Positions 1 to 12,299 of a stretch of DNA of 64,000 nt are shown one piece after another (the stretch's first letter is position 1; each line of letters begins with the position of its first letter). The position numbers were made by a program, and so were the translations under genes. Source of the DNA: Octopus sinensis. Lineage: Eukaryota. The stretch spans positions 143,468,001-143,532,000 of the forward strand of contig NC_042999.1 in assembly GCF_006345805.1 (NCBI RefSeq), read 5' to 3'. Below the pieces are notes generated by a model that did no database searches, had not been told where the DNA came from, and worked only from the letters and a program-made list of their open reading frames with translations.

Positions 1-57
1 AGTTGAGAGGTAGACGAATTATGATTTTTAAAAGCAAGAGAGTTTCAAAAAAAGGGA

Positions 58-1142
58 ATGTGTGTGGGTGCGTGTGTGTGTGGGTGCAAGGGTAACAAGT
101 GTGTTTGTGCGTGCGTGTGTGTGTGTGTATGTGTGGTGAATAATAAGCAATGGCAAGTTAGCTGTCATAAGGCACTCCTTGATGAAAAGCTAGCTTGTTT
201 GTATCCAGCCAGGTCAAAAAAACAAAGGGGTGTATGTATCATGTGTGTGTGTTGTATGTAGTGTGTGTGTGTGCATGTGTGTGTTCGTGTGTGTATGCGT
301 AGAGTGTGGGTGTGTGGCGAGTAACTGCTTAACCTAGTGTATGTGTGCGTGTGTGCTTGTACGTGCGTGTGTGTGTGTAGGGATGTATGTGTGGGTTCAT
401 TTGTGTGAGTGTGTATGTATGTACGTGTATGTGTGCGCGTGTATGTGTGCGTTTGTATGTGTATGTGTGCGTGCGCGGATAGGTGTATATTGTGTATGTA
501 TGTGAGTTTGTGTGTGTTTGTACGTGTGTATGTGTGTCTGAGTGTATAGTATATATATGTAAATGTGTGTGTGCGTGTGTGTGTACGTGCGTGCGAGTGA
601 ATGTATGTATATATGTGTGCGTGTGTGTACAATGTAGAGGCTTATATGTGTGTTTATATGTTTATATGTGTATGTATGTGTGTATGTGTGTATGTGTGTG
701 TATGTGTATGTATGTATGTATATGTATACGTGTGTGTATGTATGTATGTGTGTATGTGTGTGTGTATGTATGCGTGTGTGTATGTATGTGTGTATGTGTG
801 TGTATGTATGTATGTATGTATGTGTGTGTGTATGTATGTGTGTGTGTACGTATGTATGTACGTACGTGTGTATGTATGTGTGTGTGTATGTGTGTAAGTG
901 TGTGTGTGTATGTATGTATGTATGTATGTATGTATGTACGTATGTGTGTATGTGTGTATTTTTGCATGCGTGTATGTGTGTATGTGCGTGTGTGTACATA
1001 TGTATGTATATGTATGTGTGTGTATGTATGTATGTATGTGTGTATGTATGTATGTATGTGTGCATGCGTGTATGTGTGTATGTGTGTGTGTGTATGTATG
1101 TATGTATATCGATGTGTGTGTATGTGTGTGTATGTATGTGTG
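58..1142. repeat. Compound (TG)n/(TATG)n microsatellite, about 1.1 kb
   Basis: Sequence is almost only tg/tatg units; the CV/MY/HT-rich ORFs here are its translation. Confidence 0.97.
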
Positions 1143-1360
1143 GTCATTTTGCCGGTTTAGCCAATAAAAACACACGCTCTATATATTTGGTGTTAATTTG
1201 CTTCAGCGTTATTTATTTTTTACATTAATCTCATTTCGGCCAGAGTTCTTTCGTCACACTTCTTTGACCTCATCAGTGGTCCTTTGCTTTCTTCTTTCTT
1301 ATTTGTGTGTCTCTCCTTACTAACGGTCAGCCATTTTGTATTTTGTATTCCTATTGTATG

Positions 1361-2880
1361 TTAGTTAGTTAGTTAGTTAGTTAATTTTTGGGCTCAAAAA
1401 GCAAAAAAGCAAGGCCATGTAGGGGGTCGTGGAGTTATGTACAGGGTGGTGTTCATGTAAAGAGTTCAGGCCACTTGTGGTCAAGGGAGACTTTGAACCG
1501 AGCGGTCGTCGGCATCTTCACCATCTCGTCCGGCAGCTTATTCCACGGATCCGCAACCCGGACGGAGAAAGCCCCTCTCCTTCGATTGAGATGAAATCGT
1601 CGCAGATAGAGCTTTTTCGGAATGACCCCGCAGCCGACGCTCTGGAGCAGGAGTGAAGAACAGCTCGTTCGAGAGGTTACACTTTCCGCTTATGATGTTG
1701 TGAGCAAGAATGAGATCACCACGGCGTCGTCGTTTTTCTTGAGAATAAAGGTCGAGCGTCTTCAGCCTTAAGTCAAATTCTTGAGATCAAGAACCATGCG
1801 GGTAGCCAGCTTCTGGACTCTTTCGAGATGCTGTATGTCTTTGAGGAGATAAGGAGAAGAGGCTTGAATCCCGTACTCCAATATGGGTCTCACCAGCGTG
1901 ACATAGAGCGGTAGGAATATGGCTGCTGTGAGCATTCCGAATGACCGTCGAATCAAGAACAGAACTCCGCGTGCTTTGTTGGCAGCATGGACGCACTGAG
2001 CCGAAGTAAGAAAGGAGGAATCCACCAAGATACCCAGGTCCTTTACCTGATCGATCCTCTCCAGCAGCAGACGACCCGGCTCGAAATCAAGTTGAGTTGC
2101 AGAAGGAGAGCCAACAGGCAGATGACAGCACTTTGACACGTTCAGACACAGGTCCCATTCGTTAGACCATCTCCAAATTTGGTGGAGGCATCGACGAAGA
2201 TCCTCTATATCACCGCAAGGAGCGACCAGTTTGACATCGTCGGCAAATAGAAGGGTGTGTTGCGTGAGGTCGTCGGGCAAGTCATTTATGAAGACTAAGA
2301 ACAATAAGGGCCCAAGCACTGAACCTTGAGGCACGCCACTGCTCGCACTGGATACGTCGGACAGCGAACCATTAACTTGGACTTGGAAGGAGCGATCTGA
2401 GAGGAAGGCACCAACCCATCGTACAATATCCGGATGGAAACTATATGCTTGAAGCTTGACAAGTAATAGGCGGTGGTTTACCGAGTCACAAGCTTTGGCA
2501 AAGTCCAATAAAACGATGTCAACAGCATCACTATCATCGAGGATGCGCGTCATCAATTCTTCCATTACTAGTAAGTTGGTCAAGCATGATCTCTTCGGAA
2601 CGAAGCCGTGTTGGGAATCAGAGATAGAGGCTGTGTTTTGGAGGTGGAGCATCATACTTTTCTTAAGGATGGTTTCGAACATCTTGCTGATTATTGATAT
2701 AAGGGAAACCGGTCGGTAGTTAAGCGGGTCTTCGCGGCTCCCTTTCTTGAAAATTGGGCAGATTATCGCTGTTCTCCAGTCCGCAGGTATAACACCCGTC
2801 GCCAATGACATTTGAATAGACGTGTTAAGGGCTCGCAGATGACCGGAGCCAACGCTTTGATAACCCGTGGGTGTCTTCAT
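1361..2880 (-). mobile_element. 5'-truncated CR1/L2-type LINE with 3' UTR and (ACTA)n tail
   Basis: RT motifs NYRPVSL, QHGF, DFAKACDSV, GVPQGSVLGPLLF, FADDVKL. C-terminal RRRRGDLI/WNKLP segment continues in another frame to TGA at 1453-1455. ttagttag repeats at 1361-1384. GC-richer than flanks. Confidence 0.92.
1453..2880 (-). pseudogene. LINE ORF2 reverse transcriptase, 370 aa open (1768-2880) then frameshifted C-terminus
   Basis: ORF track 1768..2880 plus manual translation of 1453-1767 (RLKTLDLYSQEKRRRRGDLI...LDHKWPELFT*). Confidence 0.88.
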
Positions 2881-3023
2881 TTGCGCATGCGTATACCTCT
2901 ATGTGTGTCTATGTTTAGTTAGTGTGTGTGTGTGTGGGGAGGTGCCTGTAATATTTGTATCTCCTGTTTATACTCGTTCGTGTAATTTGTTTTTGTTTAT
3001 TTTTATTTTGTTCAAGTGTTTAC

Positions 3024-3054
3024 ACCTACTTATTATTATTATTATTATTATTAC

Positions 3055-3097
<43 letters not shown>

Positions 3098-3171
3098 TGT
3101 CGTATTTAGTTGAATTAAATTTTTTTTTTATTTACTTCCATTTGTTTATTTATCTGTGTATTTTATTATTA

Positions 3172-3218
<47 letters not shown>
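3024..3218. repeat. (ATT)n microsatellites
   Basis: Two tattattatt runs. Confidence 0.95.
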
Positions 3219-3233
3219 GTTTTTAGCTTTGTT

Positions 3234-3975
3234 TATATAAATATATAAGAATCAGTGTTGCATATATAATACATTGAATTTACGCTTAAAATCATAAAAC
3301 TTTGTTAAATTAAAGATTTAGGGTAATAAAACGTACAATGACATATTGAAATGACGTATTAAAATTCCAGAAAAAATACAGAAAAGATAAATATACAAAA
3401 TTACAAAAATAGAAAAATACGTCATTTTAATACGTCATTGTACGTTTTATTACGCCAAATCTTTAAGTTATTTCTTTATTATGATTATAAAAATCGATTA
3501 CACAGAAGGACAAATACAGGACATATATACAAAAAAACATTTAAGAGATTCGATTAAAAATTTTCATTTACGTTTGGATTATTCATTATAACATAAATGT
3601 CCTTTACATGACCAGTAGAACAAACAACAGTACATGAACTTATAATCTCACTGGAGTTTTTACACCCCGGCAATTTATGAGGCCCCGCAGCTTTTATTTC
3701 CTCTCCTTCCTCCATGGTCAAGCTGGGTTTCTGACACCCACCTTTTTTTCCACTTCCTTCCATCTTTTCTCATACACACCCCGTGGTAAGATCCTCTTTT
3801 CCAGCCCCATTTTGCTCTTCAGATGATATCTGAAGTAAGTGAGCAAGCCGGGGCCGGAGACAAAGGATCCTATCGCGGCTCCTTCCAGTTGACAAATTTT
3901 TACCAAATGTTTTATGATTTTAAGCGTAAATTCAATGTGCTATATATGCAACACTGATTCTTATATATTTATATA
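3234..3975. mobile_element. Unclassified element bounded by ~71-bp inverted repeats, containing a second 51-bp inverted repeat
   Basis: 3234-3304 is the reverse complement of 3904-3975 (2 substitutions, 1 indel). 3310-3360 is the reverse complement of 3416-3466 (4 substitutions). Confidence 0.7.
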
Positions 3976-4270
3976 TATATATTTTATATGATGTTTATTT
4001 ATTTATATATTATTATATTTTTAAACGTCGGACTTGATATCTGTTCTGTAGATATAAATGAATATATGAATATATGTATGTATTTGATCTTTCTGTGGAT
4101 TTTGTAATGTTCCTTTAGTTGCTGCTCACATTGCCTCCCCTCAGATTAACAAGTGGAATATAGCTCATTTGGAGCACTACAATTCCAGTCTGTTATATAT
4201 TTTGAGTATTATTATCACTAGTGATCTCAATATATAACTTTGTATTTTGTATATATGATATATACGTATT

Positions 4271-4326
<56 letters not shown>

Positions 4327-4430
4327 CAAAATAAGCAACAAGGATATCCAAAGGTAAGTCCCTTGGTCCAACAAAGGGACTCACCGCGTTTTTTTTTTTC
4401 ATTCTCTCTCTATTTATTTTCCTCTAATTC

Positions 4431-4466
4431 CTTTCAGTTGAAGAGCCTAGGCTCGAAACGTAAAAG
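4431..4466 (+). ncRNA. Minimal hammerhead-like motif (family M, degenerate core)
   Basis: CUUU-CAGUUGA-A-GAGC(CUAG)GCUC-GAAA-CG-UA-AAAG; lies in a ~200-bp element (about 4325-4545) also found at 20780, 23436 and 37097. Confidence 0.55.
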
Positions 4467-4560
4467 ACTTCCGTTTTTCCCGACCGTCAAACTAATACAC
4501 ATGCTTGATGTTCCTACACCTGTCCTCGTCTTTGTCTTTCTATAAATTTGAACTATATAC

Positions 4561-4617
<57 letters not shown>

Positions 4618-5320
4618 TATATTATATATATGTATATGTGTGTGTGTGTGTGTGTGTGTATGTATATATATATGTATGGATGTATATATTGTTGCTTAAA
4701 ATTTACTTTTCAGTATTCCAGCGTTATCGCTTTCCTGCGTTCATGGAAGCAATAATGCGTGTGTGTGTCTGTACATGTCTTCTGTAGGTGAGGTATGTAT
4801 GGAAAGAGAAAAAATATGACATAGACAATACTCTGTATTTGCAGTGTTCTGCGATAATCATGTATTTCTAAACTCATTCAAAAGCCCACTTATGCACACA
4901 CACACGCACTAAAGCACATCAACTCCTTCACCAAAAATTATTAACCATTTACCAATATGATTGTTTTTGATAAATAGTAAATGCGTGACGTTACAAAAAC
5001 AGAATGCGTCAAATACTTTTCAATCGTCCATGTACATTTTCCTGTTTGAGGCACTGCCAAATCTAATGTTCCCGAAGGCACACACGTAATGTGTGTGTGT
5101 GTGTGTGTGTGGACTGACCGATAACATAAGCATCAGACGTTTGATTTAAACATTACCTTCACAATATAGACTTTGATCGATGCTGAAAATTATTACTATG
5201 CCTGGCCGGAGCTCTTCTACGTTCCTATTATTCGTGGGATACAGGTAACCTGCTACCATTGGTGTTACCACTGGTAACTTGATGCTGAGAATGCTGCTAC
5301 TGATGTTGTTATTGTAATTA

Positions 5321-5721
5321 TTCTTTTCTACTCTAGGCACAAGGCTCGCAATTTTTGGGGAGGGGGCCAGTCGATTAGATCGATCTCAGTACACAACTGG
5401 TACTTAATTTATCGGCAGCGAAAGAATGAAAGGCAAAGTCGACCTCGGTGGAATTTGAACTCAGAACGTTACGGCAGACGAAATACCTATTTTCTTTACT
5501 ACCCACAAGGGGCTAAACACAGAGAGGACAAACAAGGACAGACAAACGGGTTAAGTCGATTATACCGACACCAATGCGTAACTGGTACTTATTTAATCGA
5601 CCCCGAAAGGATGAAAGGCAAAGTCGACCTCGGCGGAATTTGAACTCAGAACATAGCGGCAGACGAAATACCGCTAAGCATTTCGCCCGGCGTGCTAACG
5701 TTTCTGCCAGCACGTCGCCTT
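5321..5721 (-). mobile_element. tRNA-derived SINE family A, two-unit array
   Basis: Head AAGGCGACGTGCTGGCAGAAACGTTAG (A-box-like), GAGTTCAAATTCC (B-box-like), central CTTTCATCCTTTCGGGGTCGAT; same sequence recurs more than ten times in the window. Confidence 0.9.
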
Positions 5722-7172
5722 GTTGTTCTTATCATTGTAATTATTGTTTAGTTCCCAGGTTAGTCCTGGACGAAATGATTGACCTTTGCTCAAATATGTT
5801 TCAACAATGATTATCCAGTCTTTTTTTAAGCTTTTAGTGCATCTAGATGAAAGTGCGGAATTTAGTGCCAACAGTGTTCCTAGACAGGATCACACTTTTC
5901 CTACTTAGTCAAGGCACTTCACTTCACATTGCTCCGGCCTTCTCAGCTGAAAATGAGTATCAGCCGAGTTCTAGTGTAGCCTTCTCTCTCACACCATATA
6001 TCACATACTCGATGTTTAGAAGTATCGGAGGAGTGTTAACTAAGTTCCTTCATTAGATTACTGTTATAACACTTACTATGAATGTTGTTGCTCATATCAT
6101 TCTTGTTGATTTGTAAGTAAATACAGTTCTTCGCTCGAGAAGCTGTTTTATTAACTTGCTAATGTTAAAGCCCTTGATCTCACTATAAACTTTCCAAACC
6201 TGTTTTCTGACTGGATGGAAATGATCAAACTTTAAGCCTCTATAACTTTAAATAAAAAATTTTTCTGGAAAAAGTGAAGTACCTCCGGAGATTCAGCTTG
6301 GAAAACTACATTAATGTACACATTTTCAAATTTTCAATAGACATTAAATTTTCCAAAATTAGCAACCAAACTGAAAAGATCTCAAACCTGCATGTTCCAA
6401 AACATGTAGGTTAGTAGTGGTATAAGAAAATAAACTTACACACACACACACACACACCACACATACACATGCAAGTGTGATTGTCTATTTTAAGTAATGG
6501 CTAGACTATGCTTCGCTTAGTTGGGTGGCTAATAATATTGAAGCAAATCGGCAGTTATTACCATACTGCTAAAGATATAACCCTTCCAACATTGCATTTC
6601 ATATTTAATTTTAATTAATTGGAATTGCGGGTTGTCTCCCTTGCCATTTATGACCAGAATTTGTCATGTAATTAAAAACTGTTCTTATTACTAAAAGTGT
6701 AATTTTAATTAATTATAATTTCTAGACTTACTACATTATGTATGTTGACACTCACTTTACTACACTCTAACGTTGGTGTTAGGTTAACTAATCTAGGAGA
6801 CGTAAACAACCGTTCACAGTTGACTTGACTTCCAAAACTTTCCATCTGCATTATCAGAGAGATTAATGAGTTCAATATTGATTATATCAATAGCTCTCAG
6901 TTGTTTCCGGAAAACTGACTTGGCCAACCATTGTAGTTTATATTGAATAAAACAACTATAGTACTTATAATGTTGAGATAAATCTGTGTGGGTATGCGTA
7001 CATCTCTCTCTCTCTCTCTCTTTCTCTCCCTCTCTTTCGCTGTGTGTATATGAATGTGTATACGTATTATGCAAGGGCATAAAAGTTCATTCATATGTAT
7101 ACGCATATATTTGTATTTATGTACATATATGTGACGATTATTTATGCATACATATATGTATATGTATGTATG

Positions 7173-7206
<34 letters not shown>

Positions 7207-7348
7207 TGTATTTATGTATGTATGTATGTATGTATGTATGTATGTATGTATGTGTATATATATATATATACCTCATGCTTATATATAGTCGCTGAGTGCA
7301 TGTGTATGGGGGTGATTTAATGCAATTGTTAATATATATTTATATATA

Positions 7349-7379
<31 letters not shown>

Positions 7380-7443
7380 GCATGTACACACACGCACATA
7401 AGCGCGCGCACATACACACACATACATGCACACGTATATAATA

Positions 7444-7658
7444 TTCTTTTATTCTTTATTTGTTTCAATCATTTGACTGCAGCTATGCTAGAACATCGCC
7501 TTTAGCCGAAAAAAATCGACCCCCAGGACTTATTCTTTGTAAGCCTAGTACTTATTCTATCAGCCTATTTTGTCGAACCACCAAGTTACGGGTACATAAA
7601 CACACCAACATCGGTTATCAAACGATGGTAGTGGGGACAAACAGACACACAATCATAT

Positions 7659-7742
<84 letters not shown>

Positions 7743-7896
7743 GACGGGATTCTTTTAGTTTCCGTCTGCCAAATTCAGACACAAGGTTTTGGTCGGCCTG
7801 AGGCTAAAGTAGAAGACGCGTACTCAAGGTGCCACGCAGTGGTACTGAACAGAACTATGTGGTTGGTAAGCAGGCTACTTACCACAGAGCCAATGC
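7444..7896 (-). mobile_element. SINE family B (CORE-like centre) with internal (AT)n
   Basis: Homologous to 27471-27900; GGCACCTTGAG..TCTTCTACT centre, GACGGAAACT..AAGAA.CCCGTC, 3' tail ..ATGA.TGAAAC. Confidence 0.85.
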
Positions 7897-8346
7897 ATGT
7901 ATTTTTTTTTACTTTACGTGTGTGTGTGTGTATATATATGTATGTATTCATAAGAATATATATATATATATGAGTGTGTATATACATGTATACGTATACG
8001 TATGTATGCCTATGTAAATTCACACATGCATTTGCTCATGAATGGTTGTGTTAACGTGTTTGTTCATCAATATATATGTATTTATTCATGCATGCATATA
8101 TACAGGGAGTTTCTGTATGATTATATAATTAAGAGTAGACTATCAAGCTTGAGGTGGTAAACCGAAAATCATTATCAATCATCTAGATTTATGACTATTA
8201 TGAGAAAAAAATCCATTAACGTAAATGAGCACGTTTTCTCACGTGGGACAAGGGAACGAACTCAGATTTCACTTGAATAAATTAAATACTGTACAGGCAT
8301 AGAATCAGTTTGCTCTCTGGTAGCTATGGTGACAAATTCAAGTTAT

Positions 8347-8930
8347 ATTCTTTTCTACTTTAGGCACGAGGCTCGAAATTATTGGGTAAGGGAGCCAGGC
8401 GATTAGATCGACTCCAGTACGCAACTGGTGCTTAATTCATTAACCCCGAAAGGATCAAAGACAAAATCAACCTCGGCGGAATTTGAACTCAGAAGAAAAA
8501 GACAGGCGAAATACCTATTTCTTTACTACCCACAAGGGGTTAAACACAGAGGACAAACAAGGACAGACAAACGGATAAAGTCGATTATATCGACCCCATT
8601 GCGTAACTGGTACTTATTTAATCGACCCCGAAAGGATAAAAGGCAAAGTCGACCTCAGCGGAATTTGAACTCAGAACGTAGCGGCAGACGAAATACCTAT
8701 TTCTTTATTACCCACAAGGGACTAAACACAGAGGGGACAAACAAGGACAGACAAAGGTATTAAGTCGATTACATCGACCCCAGTGCGTCACTGGTACTTA
8801 ATTTATCGATCCCGAAATGATGAAAGGCAACGTTGACTTCGGTGGAATTTGAACTCAGAACGTAACGGCAGACGAAATACGGCTACGCATTTCGCCCGGT
8901 GTGCTAACATTTCTGCCAGCTCGCCGCCTT
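8347..8930 (-). mobile_element. SINE family A, three-unit array
   Basis: Three successive gcggaatttgaactcagaa/gtggaatttgaactcagaa modules; full tRNA-like head only at 8880-8930. Confidence 0.9.
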
Positions 8931-9059
8931 GGTCAACTGCTATTACGAGAACTGTTCTTTTATTGACCGTTCGTTATCGCTTCAAAGGAAGGAATCGTTT
9001 TACCAAACAATGTTATTTAGTCGTTATTTTCTTAGGTAGCGATATGACGTTGGGAAAAT

Positions 9060-9200
9060 AATGCTTAGCGGCATTTCGTCCGTCTTTACTGTCTTAGTTC
9101 AAATTCCGCTGAGGTCGACTTTGCTTTTCGTCTTTTCGGGGTAAATGAAATAAGTAGCAGTTGAGGAATGAGGTCGATGTAATCGATTTAACTCTTTACC
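9060..9200 (+). mobile_element. Degenerate SINE family A
   Basis: atgcttagcggcatttcgtcc...gttcaaattccgctgaggtcgactttg. Confidence 0.75.
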
Positions 9201-9714
9201 CGTATTTGCTGGACTTTTTTTTTTATTTAGTTGTTTCCTTTTTTTCGGCGGTGAAGCAAATTTGAGTTTGATGGCTTTGATATTCATACCCAATATTCAT
9301 ATTCATATTCGTATATAAGTTTTTCAATCTACTTGAGTCTCATCACCATGAGGCAATTGAGGATTTCTAAATTTTACTAAATATTTTTGCAACGGGAAAG
9401 GTAGGGTAGGTGTATAGAAGCATTCTACTAGATTATTTTTTTGTTGCCATAGTTCGTCAGTTGAACAGAAATTGAAGTATTTTAGATTTATATATAGTCT
9501 AAGAACAATCTCAATTGCTTTTATCATTACACTGAAAATATGTATCGCAGCTCGAATCAATTATAAATAATGATATTACGCCCTTTCCTTCTGGAATTGT
9601 ATTCCCTTCTGACCTTGTGCCTTTGCTTCGAAAAATTCCTGGGACTGCACCTGTGATCCCATGTTTTTTCTCGATAATTAGTAATATACTCAATGTTATA
9701 GAATGTTAATAACT

Positions 9715-9900
9715 AGGGTGGAGCGGCAGAATTGTTAGAGCATCACACAAAATGCCTTGTGTTATTTTGTATCAAACCTTTATTATAGGTGTTTAAATAA
9801 CACCGAGGTCAACATTACTTTTATCCTTCCAGGGTCGATAAAATAAAGTACTAACAAATTACAGAAACCAATATAATCGATTATTTTCCTCTCCCACCAA
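9715..9900 (+). mobile_element. Degenerate SINE family A
   Basis: ggcagaattgttagagca...accgaggtcaac...cagggtcgataaaataaagtac. Confidence 0.65.
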
Positions 9901-9951
9901 ATTTGAGGGTTAATTTACAAAAATTAAAGCCAATCGAATACATATGTATAT

Positions 9952-9987
<36 letters not shown>

Positions 9988-10384
9988 GTGTGTGTGTGTG
10001 CGTGTGCGTGTGTGTGTGTACTACATATTTGTATAAGTGTATGTGTGAGCCTGTATACATACATTCACACTCATAGAAAACAAAGATGCCCTGAGTTTGT
10101 GTACTGGCGCAGACAACTAGTTACACATGCACTATTTATGTGTATTCAGAATGTTTTAGGGCAGAAAATTTATTATTACTGCATTGTTGTACTAAGGTAA
10201 CCATGGGAAAGGAATGATACGCTTTTTTTCTTCTTCTTTATTTGAAGCAAACACTTTCAAGTTGTTTAAGAGGTATATTTATTTATCGTTTTCAAAAATG
10301 TCAGTTTAAAAGCATTTAAGGACATGAATGTCTAAACATGAAGTCGATATGAAAAATAAAGAAAATACGGTCAAATACAACAAC

Positions 10385-10386
10385 TT

Positions 10387-10438
<52 letters not shown>

Positions 10439-10491
10439 AACTACTGCTGCTGCTGTTGCTGCTGCTGCTACTACTGCTGCTGCTGCTGCTG
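10385..10491. repeat. (CTA)n-(CTG)n compound trinucleotide repeat
   Basis: Directly visible. Confidence 0.95.
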
Positions 10492-11389
10492 CATTTGTTT
10501 GTCACAAGGGTGTTGAATGAAAGGAATATTTGAGACATTACAAAAGTGGTGTTTATGAAAATTCAATGAGAAAAAATTGAATGATATAAAAAATGTATAT
10601 ACAGTATCCATATATATGGTATAATCCTCAGAGAAGAGGACCGTTAACTAGCAGCAATCAAAGAACCCGTCAAACCCTAAGATAGCCTTAACTACCCCCA
10701 CCTAATTGTCATTCTCCACATAGGGGAACGCACTGTTAGTCAGAACACGACGTTCTTGTCATATTCATTATTATCGTCCATCTCTAAACATCTTCAGTGG
10801 AAGAGATCACTTCTCTATCCATCACATTTTTTTTTTAAAATGTAACTTGAATATATCGGTAAGGATTTTGTCAAAAGGGATAGTCCTAATCTTCAGTTCT
10901 TTCAGTCTTGTTTACCATACATTTTTTTCACCATAGCCACTAATCAGTGGAGAACGAAGCAAAAATATTTCTTTTGCCAAGATTACCAAAGTTTTCGACT
11001 TTGTCTCACTCGACAAAAAAAACATAAACATTTAGAAGAGGTGGAGAAACACATCAATAAACTAGAATAAAGAAAACTCGCGCTCAATAAACAACAAAGC
11101 ATTTTAAATCAAACAGAAAGGTAAACAAATCCGTATAACTGCTTATCGCTGAAACGACATAGATTACAGCGTTTACCTTCAGACCAAACTGAACTCTGTT
11201 TAAGAAAGATTTGCCTCACAACTTTCTGCCAACCGAGTAAGGCGATCAGTGGAAGTTCTATAGAAAGCTATCGGTGGGCTAAAGCAACGGCGTTCTCGGG
11301 GAGACACTAAGCCTCAACTGGCCGGTCTATTCCAGAGAACTTTCGGGTCAGGACCCATGGATAATTTCCATAAATCAGTCTTGAAAGTC

Positions 11390-11565
11390 CTTGTCCGGTA
11401 CCGGATCGATCCCAAAATCCAATCAGTTCGTGCCAGTCATGAGGCCAAACATCCCTGAAAGTTTCATCCGAATCTATCCAGTAGTTCTTGAGATGTCTTG
11501 TCCACGATCAAACAAACAAACAGGACTGAAAACAATACCTCCGCCTTCGCTAAGGCGAAGGTAAT
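11390..11565 (+). mobile_element. Short Helitron/Helentron-like non-autonomous element end
   Basis: (CAAA)n, then terminal hairpin CCTTCGC-taag-GCGAAGG (11544-11561) followed by TAAT; internal aaagtttcatccgaatc resembles aagtttcatcagaatc in the Helitron at 40050. Confidence 0.45.
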
Positions 11566-11779
11566 AATACAACGTATAAAAGAGAAAAAAGAAGCAAAGC
11601 TGGGTGAGAATCTAAATATCGTATGATGCAGATTAGACTCTACATATTCATAGGACGATAATACCGGTCATACTAATAGTGGTGGTGTTGGTGGTGTTAG
11701 TGGTCATTTTAATAATGTATGATCATTATGACATTAATCATAACCATAAACACGATGATTGAGGTAAATTATACCAGAA

Positions 11780-11900
11780 TCGGTAGAGCACGGAACGTGT
11801 GGTATTTAATTATGTCTATTTTTATATTTAAGTTCAAATTTTGCCGGGGTCGACTTTACTTACTATACACTTGGGGTTCGATAAAATAAATATCAGCAAA
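11780..11900 (+). mobile_element. Degenerate SINE family A
   Basis: ggtagagcacgg...agttcaaattttgccggggtcgactttac...ttcgataaaataaa. Confidence 0.65.
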
Positions 11901-12299
11901 ATTTGGGGATTAATTTACTTGACTGTTCAATCTTAACGCTGTAAACTACCCAATTATACATTAAAAATTAGTTGATTTAGTACCTTACAAATTTCTCTTC
12001 CGTTTTCTCTCTGTATTCCTCTTTTTTTCCCCGCATTCCTTACCCTTACATGTAGTTCGCATGTACGTTCGATTGTCCAAATGAACTCATAATGAAGTTG
12101 GCGATCTCTTTTAAAATTTGGGCAACCCCATCATGAACGACACGAAACTAAAATTCTTTCGAAAGGCTGACGTACGACAGACAGCTAACAAGCCGTAGCT
12201 ATGCAGTGACATGTCAACAAGGTAGGTGATGAACGACAACTCAGGCTGATCATGGCATGTTGGAATTATAGCGACTAGGTGATCTTTATCCTACGATAA

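Noticed and set aside
58-1228. Many long ORFs rich in CV/MY/HT/YI (also at 29-33 kb and 57.7 kb)
   Set aside because: They are translations of microsatellites, which lack stops in several frames.
1221-1285. Minus-strand CUGAUGA-GGUC...GGCC-GAAA hammerhead-like core
   Set aside because: Core and stem II fit, but I found no partner for stem I and no convincing UH site; at best a dead relic.
5640-5721. tRNA gene
   Set aside because: A/B-box-like head of a SINE; no complete cloverleaf.
10328-10516. Poly-Tyr/poly-Cys ORF (poly-Gln-like on the other strand)
   Set aside because: Trinucleotide microsatellite without splice or homology support.
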